From assembly GCA_976226885.1 (NCBI GenBank), contig OZ320315.1:116002001-116066000 (forward strand): a stretch of DNA of 64,000 nucleotides. The letters are read 5' to 3'. The translations under genes were made by a program, and so were the position numbers. Source of the DNA: Iphione sp. A-MEVVRFRX5 (Eukaryota). The notes under the pieces are model-generated. The model was given only the letters and a program-made list of their open reading frames with translations. It was not told the DNA's origin and searched no databases. The first letter of the stretch is position 1. The number at the start of each line of letters is the position of its first letter. Of the stretch, positions 1 to 11,300 are shown in pieces.

Positions 1-769
1 TGTGTTAGTGTGATCGGTTTGAGTGAGGGCTGCTGTTTATACTTCATAGCTGTTGCTGCAGAGTGGGGGTCACAGGCAATCAAGTCCGTAGTTTCCCGAG
101 GTATACTCTAAACAGCTTTTGCAGCTTTTTAACATGTTGGCTAAAAAAAGAGGGTGGTTTTCGAGGTTTAGCAATATTTTACAAGAGGACGTCATGCTGG
201 AACTAACCCACTCATGGATTTACTTGGAGAAAAAGGATTGTTTTTAGAGGTTGTTAAGTTCAGCCATCAACAATAGGAGAACCACTTGCCTGATTTACTC
301 AAGACGCACAGGGTATGTATGCCTCTATGTGGTCTCTATGTGTGAGCAATTTCAGACCTCTGTATTTATTCACTCTGGTTGTATGGTGAGTTCAATCACT
401 GATTGGCGAGAGCAGTTCATTCAATCATTTCAGGTACGTGAGATGAATTTTCCTTCAGATAAGAGTTAACATTGTAGGTAACAGTAATATGTTGAAACGA
501 AGCTGTAGGTACACTGTTTTCTCTTGATGACATTAGTTTGCCAGTATGATAAAATCTAACGCGTGAGAACAGGTTTAAAGTTGCTGATCAGTAAGAGTGG
601 AGGACTTAATGTAGGCCTAGCTGCTGTCGGTTGTAGGAGTGGTAGACATGTTCGGTAGGGACATTTGTCTTGGTCATGATTATAATCATGGGTAGGTACT
701 TCAAACATTGTTATCATATAAATATAGTGCTTTAAATCCATAGAGTAAAAAGGTAATTTAAAAGTTAAA

Positions 770-1500
770 AGGGTTTACAGATAAAATGTCCATTCAGTCC
801 CAAATTTCTTGTTCTTCGGACTCTGCTTGTGACTTAAATCCTGCAAAATTCAGCCTCTCTTGTTCTCTGTACATGCCAAACTCAAACTCACAGAAGTAGT
901 GTGTGTAGTTCCACACCACTCTTTGAGCTGCCTCTCTCCAACTCATACAAGACCTTGAATGCTGGAAAGTCAGCAAAACGATGCAGGACGGTAGTGAGCA
1001 TGAAGGTCGGGCTCTTGCCTATTCTCCATGTATGTGAGCACTAGATTCATCACTGTTTGGCGAACCAAATTGTTTTGAAAGTTGAAGAACCTTCCTCTCC
1101 ATGAAGGGAGAATATCCATGGCTAATGCCAGATAGATGTCAAATATGTGAGACAGTATCTTGAGCATTTCTTTTCTTGCCCCATTTGAAACCTTTGGGTC
1201 GCAGATCCTCGTGTCCTTCCTAAGAAGATACATCATGAGATGTACTGTATACAGTCTTTGGTTGTTGGAGGTATGCCTTGATCCAACTTTCTTCCTCGGC
1301 AGTGGGCCCTCTTCATTGCTTTGTAAGGCATCTGAAAGGTTAATGTTCCTTGGATAAAAACAATTTCACCAAGTTTAGAAAGGGGATGAGGTACAGGTTG
1401 TAAGATGTTTTTGCTTTTTTTTTCTGGGATTCTCCAAGGAATTTTTACATTAGCAGTCTTTTGAGTGATTTGCTCATTTTATCTTTCCATTTATTTCATT
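770..1500 (-). pseudogene. Degenerate copy 1 of an unassigned multi-copy coding family ('family X')
   Basis: Minus-strand frames give KEMLKILSHIFDIYLALAMDILPSWRGRFFNFQNNLVRQTV...LLTFQHSR...VVWNYTHYFCEFEFGMYREQERLNFAG. Clear nucleotide and peptide paralogs lie at 2050-2700 and 49200-49760, with a fragment in every array monomer. Broken by stops and frameshifts; product not recognised. Confidence 0.55.
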
Positions 1501-2049
1501 ATGTTATGTAGAATAAGTACAATCCTACATAATAGGGCTGAACTGACTGAACAATTCCCTACATCTTGATATATGAAGAGGTGATAATGAAGGTATATAA
1601 AAATATGCCAAATAGATAAATAGAATAAAGCTCTCATTCTAAAGTGAAGGTAGTTTATACTATAGTGAATTAGCACTATCCTCCTAGAAAGGTGGATAAA
1701 GACTGGTGTCTTACATGGAATCTAGGCTGCGCCAACCTACAGCCCTGTTTTTCTATTTGATGTATACTTTGAAAAGAATAGAGGATGTGTGCCAACTTAT
1801 GGGCCTCTAGGCTGCAAAACCACTCCTCCCTTTTGAGAACTCTTCATCAGTATATAACTAAATTTTGGTCAGGCTCTTCTGCCTTCCAGTAGAGTATGCC
1901 TCAAATAATTTTGTACATGATTTCTACATAATTCTATATTGAAGTGAGACAGTACTAGACATACAATTGACAAAACAATCATTTGGCAAAATAAGGCTAA
2001 GTAATGAAGGTATTTTCCAATAATGTATCAATTCATCCTGATATACACT

Positions 2050-2700
2050 TCTGGCTCTGTTTGTGGCATATATCCAGCAAAAGTCAACCTTTCTTGTTCT
2101 TTTTATATGCCAAAATGGCCATTTGAGCTGCTTCTCCCCAACTCATGCAAGACCTTGAATGCTGGAAAGTCAGCAAAATGCAGGACAGTAGTGAATGGGA
2201 AGGTTGGGCTTTGGCAAACCAAATTGTTTTGAATGTTGAAGAACCTTCTTCTCCATGAAGGCAGAATGTCCATGGCTAATGCCAGATAGATTTCAAATGT
2301 GTGAGACAGAGTCTAAAGCATCCTTTTTCATTCTGCTGGTGCAATCCTCTGATAATGAATCCCGGTTTCATTCCTGAGAAGGTATGTCTTATACAGTCTT
2401 TGGCTGTTAGAGGTACACCTTGATCCAATTGCTTTCCTCGGCAGTGAGCCCTCTTCATCATTCTGGATGGCATCTTGTTTTTGTCTGAAAGGTTAATATC
2501 TTTTTTGGATTGATAAAAGGAGTTCCCCTAGTGACTTTGTGGAAGTTTAGAAACGATGAAAGGGATTGGGATAAAGTTTGTGGGACTTTCTTTCTACTGG
2601 ACTTCTCTAAGGTACCTTAGGTAGGATTTTAGCAGCTCATGTGTGATTTGTTACTTTGATTCTTCCATTTATTTCTCTATTTGTAGTCTAGGTATTATCA
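2050..2700 (-). pseudogene. Degenerate copy 2 of family X
   Basis: Shares ccttgaatgctggaaagtcagcaaaa, ccatggctaatgccagataga and gaaaggttaat with 950-1345; translates to FGIYKEQERLTFAG. Multiple frameshifts. Confidence 0.55.
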
Positions 2701-5700
2701 AGTTTTCTCCATTTAAAGGACAACATGGAATTCTGTTACACCTAGGTTTGAGCACCTTTCTAGTTATTTTACAACTCAGTGATTTTACCTTGTCATGTAC
2801 ATAGACTTCCATGTATTCATAGTCACACTTGCAGTTACCATGTTTATGGTCAATAATTGCCATTTTTAAGGCCTTAAGGCCATAAGAGGCCATATTCAAG
2901 GCTATTGACACAAAGTCCTTCTGCAACTTGACAGTCACATTGAGGTGTAATGTTACCCTTCTCATCAGTTTTAACAACACATATACAATGATTTGGGCAA
3001 TGTCAACAATCAAAGCTTAAATGTCTATTGGCAGGAATGTTTGCATCCTGCTTGTCCTGTACCTTAGTTTTGGACTGTTTTGCATGTAGGGCAGCTTGGG
3101 CAAAGAGGATGGGATTCAATTGTAGATATTTTAAACTCTTAACCCAACTAAGTTTTCCCTCAAACTGGGGAGGTAGGGGTTTTGTTAAAATTAGAACTAT
3201 CTGTTTCTCAAAGGTCTTTCCTCAAAGACTCTGGTGAGCTCAACTGATTTTTGGCTGGTATTTTTCATTTTTGGTTGGTATTTTTCATTCTCTCAATTTA
3301 TAGCTAGATGGTCTCCTTTAGGATATAAGATTTAAGATTCCAGTTTAGATTACATGTGTCTATGGAAAAAACCATTGGATTTAGAATGTGACTTTTCTTC
3401 CCAATAATCCCCATTCAGTTGTTGCATATATCTTTCATACTCATGCATCCAGTCATCTACAAAGAGGGCAGAGGGAAAATCACCAGGTCTTTTAGGAGGA
3501 CATGTGAGTTACATAGCAATCTGATAAACCAAATCACTCCTTGCCTTAGCCATACCCCATTAGCGACAGGTTGGCCTCCCTGTGCCACTACCTCATTCTC
3601 AGCCCCAGGCATGATTAAGACAAGGTTAGGACTTACTGGTTCTGAAGTTGGTTGTCTTGGAGCACTGGTTGTAGTCTGGATTTTTGAAGACTTCTGGGTT
3701 TTCTTGAAGATGGAAGAGAAAATAATAGCCCACAGGGATTACTTGGATGGACCTGTGAGGCTTGAATCAGGCTTGTCCTCTGACTTTCTACTACTGGGGA
3801 TCCTGTATGCCATACACTGTCTCTGTCAGGTATAGAGTTACCTGGGTTCTCCACCAGTTTGAGATCTATGCTTCAGATGATGACAAATGATGATGATATG
3901 ACTACCTCCTCCTCTTCTGTCCTCATCTCCAGGGACAGTGTCGATATGAAGGTAGGGAAAGGCTTAAAGTCTGAGATGTAGGGGAGCAAAGAGTATGTCC
4001 TTTTGCCTGTCCAATGATCTCATGGGATCTTCCTGTTTCAGGTGTCAGTGTTATGTCCTCTTCTTCCTGGCTCTTCTTGATATAGACTGTGATAGGAACT
4101 GAGTCCTGATATTCTAATAAATACTTTTGAGATATTCTGCACTGCCTATATGAGAATAAATATACTCTTTGTTCTTATGACTGAGTAAATTTATACATCT
4201 CAGTATTCTCAATGTTCAATACTTGTAGGTGTGTATAAAGGCCCGTAGATTGGACACTTAAACTGTAATATATGTATTTGAAAATAGCACACAAGGGGTG
4301 ACTGCCTTCCTCTGACAGCAGTAGTATATTTACAGTGTGGCAGAGTCAATGTAATGTGCCAGTAGTTTAGGCAATATATAGCCTGACAGGGGAAATATAG
4401 TCAGTCATAAACCAGAGCTTCACTAATATGTCTAGCAGCTTCAACCAATATTGTAATAGTAGTGGCATTAGTTGTTCAACCAGTTTGTCCAGCCGTTTCA
4501 ATTAGATTTGGCAACAGTCAATAATGGCAGAAAAAGTTTCCAGTAACAGGCAAAATAAAGTGGAGTTTCTACAGTTCTTGTCCTTATTGTGAAACAAAAA
4601 AGAACTTAATGAAGAAGTCAAACATTACATTCTGTAACCATACTTTTCCAGCTTTATAACTCTGCATAGACAAACACAGGGTAGCTTGGCAGTGTCGAAG
4701 GATGGGGTCGAGACCCCATTCCCCCCTTTATTACTCATACGAAAGAAAAGAATTTTTGCAGGAGTGTACATACTCCCCAACTGGCCAACACACTGGAACT
4801 GTTTAAATAAGGCTGTTTGCCTGTTGCCTGGTTACCTGTGCCCAGGCCTGCCTGTAGGTGGCAGTAGAGGAAGCAATGGGCTCGCCTCTAGTGAGAAGGA
4901 GGAGTTATACCTGCATAATACATTATACACTACATATTAATTCAACTGTTGTTTCAAAGCTGTGAGACTCACCCAAAAAAATCTTTCCAATTTTGCATTG
5001 TGCATCTACAAAGTACAATTCTTTCTTAAATGTGTTCATCAATTCTTAACAGATGTCATCATACGAGGAATAGCCATACTTAAGTGTATTTTGAATTTTG
5101 TTTGTTTCTAGATTCATTTTTCATTAATCTCATGATGTCAGCTGGGGATATTTTAGAACAAATGATGTTTGCCAAACATGGACCTTTCTGCAAAGGAATT
5201 TAACAGCCCAGTTGTTTAGTGTAAAAGAGAGATTTGTATAACATGTGAGAAAAAAATCCTTGAGGGACTGGTGCTCACTACAAAAGTGCCTGAAATACAC
5301 GCTAGGTTTTCCACACTTGGTGGTCCTACTGTCAGTCACTTTACAAAACCTGTCATGTTCTTCTATACTCGTCCAGCCTACCTTGTTCTTTTTGTGCAGA
5401 TCTGTTATTGCAGTGAATATATTCGCAGAGATTTACTTGAAAACATTGTATGTGTGCTTATGTGCCGTCATGAAAATTCATTCCATTTCAGCCTGCCAGA
5501 TGCCCATGGGCTTGCTTGGGAAAGAATTAGTGAAGTGGTAACTGGGCTGCTAGGAAAGGGGCAGGATATAGTCAGGGTCTTAGGGAGAAGGAAAATGGGC
5601 AGGAGAAGGTGGGCAACAAGGAGAGGACCCTGTGGATGGCAGGTAGTGGGGGGAAAGGTATTGGGGAGGCAGAAGGCTCTGGAGAACCAGGCGCAGAGAG

Positions 5701-5879
5701 GATAGAAATATGAAAACTCATGAATGATCACAGATTTGAACTGAATGTCCAAAGAGACATACATGTTTCCCAGCAGAAGAATCATCTTTCTCAAAACGTG
5801 TTCATTATTGTCAATTTTCACCAAAACATCATCAATCTCCATCATTCACTTCACCAATTCAATGGGGATAGGGTCACTC

Positions 5880-6050
5880 CCTTGTGTGGATGTGCTTTTC
5901 AGCCATCCCTGTCTGTCTCTCAGAGTTGGATGGACATCATACCTTTGTGACAGGCCACCTAGACATTTTGATATTTCCCAAAGGTAACATGTAAAGCAGA
6001 ATCAAGTGTCATCCATCACAGGTTCAGTTGTAGTGATTTTCCTCGTGAAT
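5880..6050 (-). repeat. Dispersed repeat fragment paralogous to 54520-54700 (possibly Polinton-like gene region)
   Basis: ttttcagccatccct(g/t)tctgtctctcagagttggatggaca...tttgtgacaggcca(c/t)ctagacattttgat occurs at both ~5897-5972 and ~54532-54607. Confidence 0.5.
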
Positions 6051-7232
6051 TTGCTGATTGACCCTAGAAATCACAAGTTTATCACCCGGTTAAGCACATA
6101 CGGGTTATGACCACTGCTGTTTATCACAGCCCACCCATTGAACAGCATGTTGTATTTAAACAATTACTGCGTAAATGGTTGAAAAGTAGTGTGGTATATG
6201 TTGCAGTTTTTGTTATAGTCTGAAGCTACATCTAGCACATTGAAACAAGTTTGTCATCTCCTTCCCTTCTCAGTGTTCCCTGTGCATAGAAGTCCATCTT
6301 TACATACAATGCCCCATAATTATGACCCCTTCCAATTGCTCTGCTATTGCACTATGTTTAATTGTGCTGGCAAGCCTTTGTAGGTCATACCCAGGGATTA
6401 CGTCTGTGGTCTCCCCCTCTGTGTGTGTGAATTTTGGTCTTCCTAGGTTATGCTCCAGAAATAAATCTTGGTTGAAAAATATTTGTCCTGAGGAGAAATG
6501 AGATGTGGGCACTCTGAGATAACACCAGAGAATGCATTGATTTACACTAACTGACATGTTGACTGGAGGAGTGCTTCCTTGTCCAGAGAAGTTGTTTCTT
6601 GTTCAGAAGAATATTTCCTCATCCAGAATAAGCTACAGAATACACTAAACAAGGGCATTTGCTCCTAGAAATAATAATTCCTTGTATTTCTAGATTATCT
6701 GCCATGTCTTAGAGTCCAGCCTGCCATTTTCCCCACTATAAATGAGTTTATGCCCCATGGTCACTGGTTAAGCTAATGTTGCATCCTTCCCGATCCCTGT
6801 AAGGGATTATCCTGATTAATTCTGGTTAATCCTGGTTAATCTATAGGTTGTACCTGAATGCATTCATTCCTGTTATTGTTGCAAAGTGAAATAATATAGC
6901 TTGTAGCTTGTCAATCAACCAAAGATTTGCATCCAGTACTGTTTGCTGCACCCTGTCTAGCCCTACATCCCTGTCACCATCCAGTATTATTCTGGTGTAG
7001 CCTACTCTATTTTCATCATGCAGCAAACTGCCTCTCAGTACAGCCACAGAAGACACCAAGTTACATTACACATACATACACCTGTGAAAGAAAACAAAAT
7101 TCAAGTCTCCTACTTCCACTCAATATTGGGGGGTGTAGGGGTCTTCCCCCACATATAAGGAATTTAGAATTTAGAAACTAGATGTTTATTGAGGAATGTA
7201 AATATATTAGGTTATCTTAGCTCTCTTTCTTC

Positions 7233-8123
7233 TTAAGAGATGCATTGTCTTGTGCAGGCTCTGGTTCTGGTTCTGGTTCTAGTGAAGTTGTACAACAGCT
7301 TGAAAAAGTCAGTTTCATTAGAATACTTCACCCTGAAAATAAACTCAGCAAGATAAGTATCAAGTAATTCCTTTGAACCACCATGTTTAAGGAGTGTCCT
7401 CTTCACACAGTAACAAGTACCCTCAGTGTTGTTGATGTGCACATCTGTCACCAGATCTTTGAAGGTCAGTGAGTGGTTGACTGTCAGATGTCTATATCCC
7501 TCCTCTCCTAGACAGCCATATGCCTTCCAGCAGTCCAAGGCGATGACAAATCCAGGCACAATGTACTTCTTGATGACTGGAAGGAGAGTTTTCCTGGACT
7601 GGTTCTCAATTTAACAAGAAAAATTTATCATTCTCTTCAAGTCCACCAAAAACTAATTGGCCATTTACATGTTGACCTCTATGGTACTTTCTCTTACAAA
7701 ACTTGCTCTCATCTATCTTCACTCCCACACCAGGGACACCAATCTGTTCACTATCCTTATCCTTGCCATGCAAAAATTAAGCAATCAACTACTACGCCAG
7801 CACATTCTATACCCAGCTGCACCTGCATAAAACTCTGTGGTATCTTTCAGGTCCAGTAGCAAGTGAGCTTGAGGACCTGTACTGGTTTAAGGTGTGTTCT
7901 TTCCATCCAGCTCTCTTCCTAATAGAAATCTTCTGGCACTTGCAACATCTCCCCTCCACACATGTTGGTCAGTCACAAAGCTGGGGTCTCACCAAAGTGA
8001 CAGTTCCCACTGCACACCCACTGCACAATCCCTGAAAATTCCCAAATATCTTCTCCTGCCTCAGCCATTTGTACAAATAACTGGGATCTCTGTATTATCA
8101 TAGAGAAATAGTGACTGGTCCAT
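7233..8123 (-). mobile_element. Merlin / ISXO2-like (IS1595-family DDE) transposase pseudogene, copy A
   Basis: Minus strand reads MDQ start (ATG at 8123), a Cys-rich N-terminus, then QIGVPGVGVKIDESKFCKRKYHRGQHVNGQLVFGGLEEN (~7630-7750), DCWKAY, TVNHS, NNTEG and LLDTYLAEFIFR. These are the hallmark ISXO2/Merlin DDE motifs. Frameshifted. Confidence 0.85.
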
Positions 8124-8139
8124 GACAGAAACAGTATAA

Positions 8140-8240
8140 AATTCTTCAAAGAAAACAATGCAAAAATCACAGAAAGAAAATCACAGTATAATCAAGCAAA
8201 CAAACTGTCAATAAAATCACAAGCAAAATCACATGATTTT
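8140..8240. repeat. AAAATCAC(AG) short direct repeats upstream of the Merlin start codon (present in every monomer and in Merlin copy B)
   Basis: 4-6 imperfect copies of aaaatcac(ag) per monomer (e.g. 9830-9930), and also at 48920-48975. Possibly Merlin subterminal repeats (inference). Confidence 0.6.
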
Positions 8241-8320
8241 GTGGAATAAATGCAATACCAGATGATCTACTCTGCATGTGGGTGAGACACATGGTGACCA
8301 AGGCAGGGAAATGTTCCATC

Positions 8321-8396
8321 TTTTATACCTAGAGGTGGGAAGCCATTCCAGTCAAACTCTGGAGTGGATCGGGGGTGGTCGGGTCTGGGTATAAAA
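8321..8396. promoter_or_regulatory. Back-to-back TATA boxes flanking a GT/CACCC-box-like motif (repeated in each monomer)
   Basis: ttttata at 8321-8327 (TATAAAA on minus), gggggtggtcggg at ~8371-8383, tataaaa at 8390-8396 (plus). Sequence match only; no expression evidence. Confidence 0.3.
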
Positions 8397-11300
8397 ACAG
8401 GAATAACTCCGGAACTAAGGGCAGATTCAAAAAAGGACAAAAGTGTCATGCTGCAGGCCAGAGGGAGGGTAGGAATATGTAGAAGATGGCTGTCAAGGGT
8501 TTCTATCAGAATTAGGGTTGTAAAGCTTTCTGAAAACTTCAAAAACCCCTCAAGGGTAGGATTCCGGAGTTTAGAGTAGATTGGAGGTGGTCGGGTCTGG
8601 TTATTAAAACCAGATCAGGTAAGTGCCACTCACCTACACTAGGCAAATGAATGGCTACAACCACAGGTGCATGCATGTCCATGTAGCTTGTACCAGCCAT
8701 CGTAGGAACTGGCTGATATGGCAGAGCCATATCTATCTACCTGCTCCTCCTCAACCTGACACAGGCCCTAACAACATCCAACTACCCTACGAACTAAATG
8801 AAGAGCCATCTTTCTTTCTGGGTAACTTTCACAAAAAAGAACGCACCTGACATAAATCCCAAAAACCCACTTAACTGAATCTGACTCTGAGGTTACTCAG
8901 GATGATAATTTTCACTTGACAGTAGTACAAGAAGATAATTAGGTTTTGAAATGAATCCTCCATAGTCCACAGATTTTGTACTTTTCTGATTCTGCTTCTG
9001 ACCAGTACCCAGCAAAGGTCAGCCTTTCTTGTCTGTCCAATCTATACAAGTTAAAATTCTCCACTGCTAAATAATTGTTTAGGTACCATTTTCCAGTTTG
9101 GATTTTGTTACAGATATTTCTTATGTTCATATGATTGAGTTTTACTCACATGTTTGACATCATCTGATATGAGTTGACATGTCAAGGTGTTTAACATGAA
9201 ATCAACATGTCGCCTGCATTAGCCATCAGAGGAACCTGTTGATATGGCAGAGCCATATCTACCTGCTCCTCGTCAACCTGACACAGGCCCCAACAACATC
9301 CAACTACCCTAAGAACTAAACTAAGAGCCATCTTTCTTTCTGAGTGTAATTTTCACAAAGAATGCACCTGGTATAAACCCCATAAACTTCTTGATGAGTG
9401 CAAGGAGAGTTTTCCTGGACTGGTTCTCAGTTTAACAAGAAAATATTTCTTAACTAATTGGCCATTCACATGTTGACCTCTATGGTACTTTCTCTCACAA
9501 AATGTGCTCTAATCTATCTTCACTCCCACACCAGGGCCACCAATCTGTTCACTATCCTTCTCCATGACTGCCATACAAAAATTAACCAATCAACTACTAC
9601 GCCAGCACATTCTATACCCAGCTGCACCTGCATAAAACTCTGTGGTATCTTTCAGGTCCAGTAGCAAGTGAGCTTGAGGACCTGTGCTGGTTCAAGGTGT
9701 GTTCTTTCCATCCAGCTCTCTTCCTAGTAGAAATCTTCCAGCACTTACAACACATGTCTCTATATTATCATAGAGAAATAGTGACTGGTCCATGGCAGAA
9801 ACAGTATAAAATTCTTCAAAGAAAACAATGCAAAAATCACAGAAAAATCAGTAAGGAAAATCACAGAAAGAAAATCACAGTAAAATCAAGCAAACAAACT
9901 GTCAATAAAATCACAAGCAAAATCACATGATTTTGTGGAATAAATGCAATACCAGATGATCTACTCTGCATGTGGGTGAGACACATGGTGACCAAGGCAG
10001 GGAAATGTTCCATCTTTTATACCTAGAGGTGGGAAGCCATTCCAGTCAAACTCTGGAGTGGATCGGGGGTGGTCGGGTCTGGGTATAAAAACAGGAATAA
10101 CTCCGGAACTAAGGGCAGATTCAAAAAAGGACAAAAGTGTCATGCTGCAGGCCAGAGGGAGGGTAGGAATATGTAGAAGATGGCTGTCAAGGGTTTCTAT
10201 CAGAATTAGGGTTGTAAAGCTTTCTGAAAACTCCAAAAACCCCTCAAGGGTAGGATTCCGGAGTTTAGAGTAGATTGGAGGTGGTCGGGTCTGGTTATTA
10301 AAACCAGATCAGGTAAGTGCCACTCACCTACACTAGGCAAATGAATGGCTACAACCACAGGTGCATGCATGTCCATGTAGCTTGTACCAGCCATCGTAGG
10401 AACTGGCTGATACGGCAGAGCCATATCTATCTACCTGCTCCTCCTCAACCTGACACAGGCCCTAACAACATCCAACTACCCTACGAACTAAATGAAGAGC
10501 CATCTTTCTTTCTGGGTAACTTTCACAAAAAAGAATGCACCTGACATAAATCCCAAAAACCCACTTAACTGAATCTGACTCTGAGGTTACTCAGGATGAT
10601 AATTTTCACTTGACAGTAGTACAAGAAGATAATTAGGTTTTGAAATGAATCCTCCATAGTCCACAGATTTTGTACTTTTCTGATTCTGCTTCTGACCAGT
10701 ACCCAGCAAAGGTCAGCCTTTCTTGTCTGTCCAATCTATACAAGTTAAAATTCTCCACTGCTGAATAATTGTTTAGGTACCATTTTCCAGTTTGGATTTT
10801 GTTACAGATATTTCTTATGTTCATATGATTGAGTTTTACTCACATGTTTGACATCATCTGATATGAGTTGACATGTCAAGGTGTTTAACATGAAATCAAC
10901 ATGTCGCCTGCATTAGCCATCAGAGGAACCTGTTGATATGGCAGAGCCATATCTACCTGCTCCTCGTCAACCTGACACAGGCCCCAACAACATCCAACTA
11001 CCCTAAGAACTAAACTAAGAGCCATCTTTCTTTCTGAGTGTAATTTTCACAAAGAATGCACCTGGTATAAACCCCATAAACTTCTTGATGAGGAGTGGAA
11101 GGAGAGTTTTCCTGGACTGGTTCTCAGTTGAACAAGAAAACATTTCTTAACTAATTGGCCATTCACATGTTGACCTCTATGGTACTTCCTCTTACAAAAT
11201 GTGCTCTAATCTATCTTCACTCCCACACCAGGGCCACTAATCTGTTCACTATCCTTCTCCATGACTGCCATACAAAAATTAACCAATCAACTACTACGCC

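Noticed and set aside
3419-3854. Overlapping 138-aa and 73-aa ORFs as a host gene
   Set aside because: No domain similarity or exon structure that I can support.
4700-4722. Small hairpin atggggtc-ga-gaccccat
   Set aside because: An 8-bp stem is unremarkable in 64 kb, and no associated element boundary was found.
9145-9215. Cluster of four CATG cores, including the palindrome ttgacatgtcaa (9174-9185), as p53-like sites
   Set aside because: Each decamer mismatches RRRCWWGYYY and they are not properly paired. CATG is also the expected product of CpG decay.
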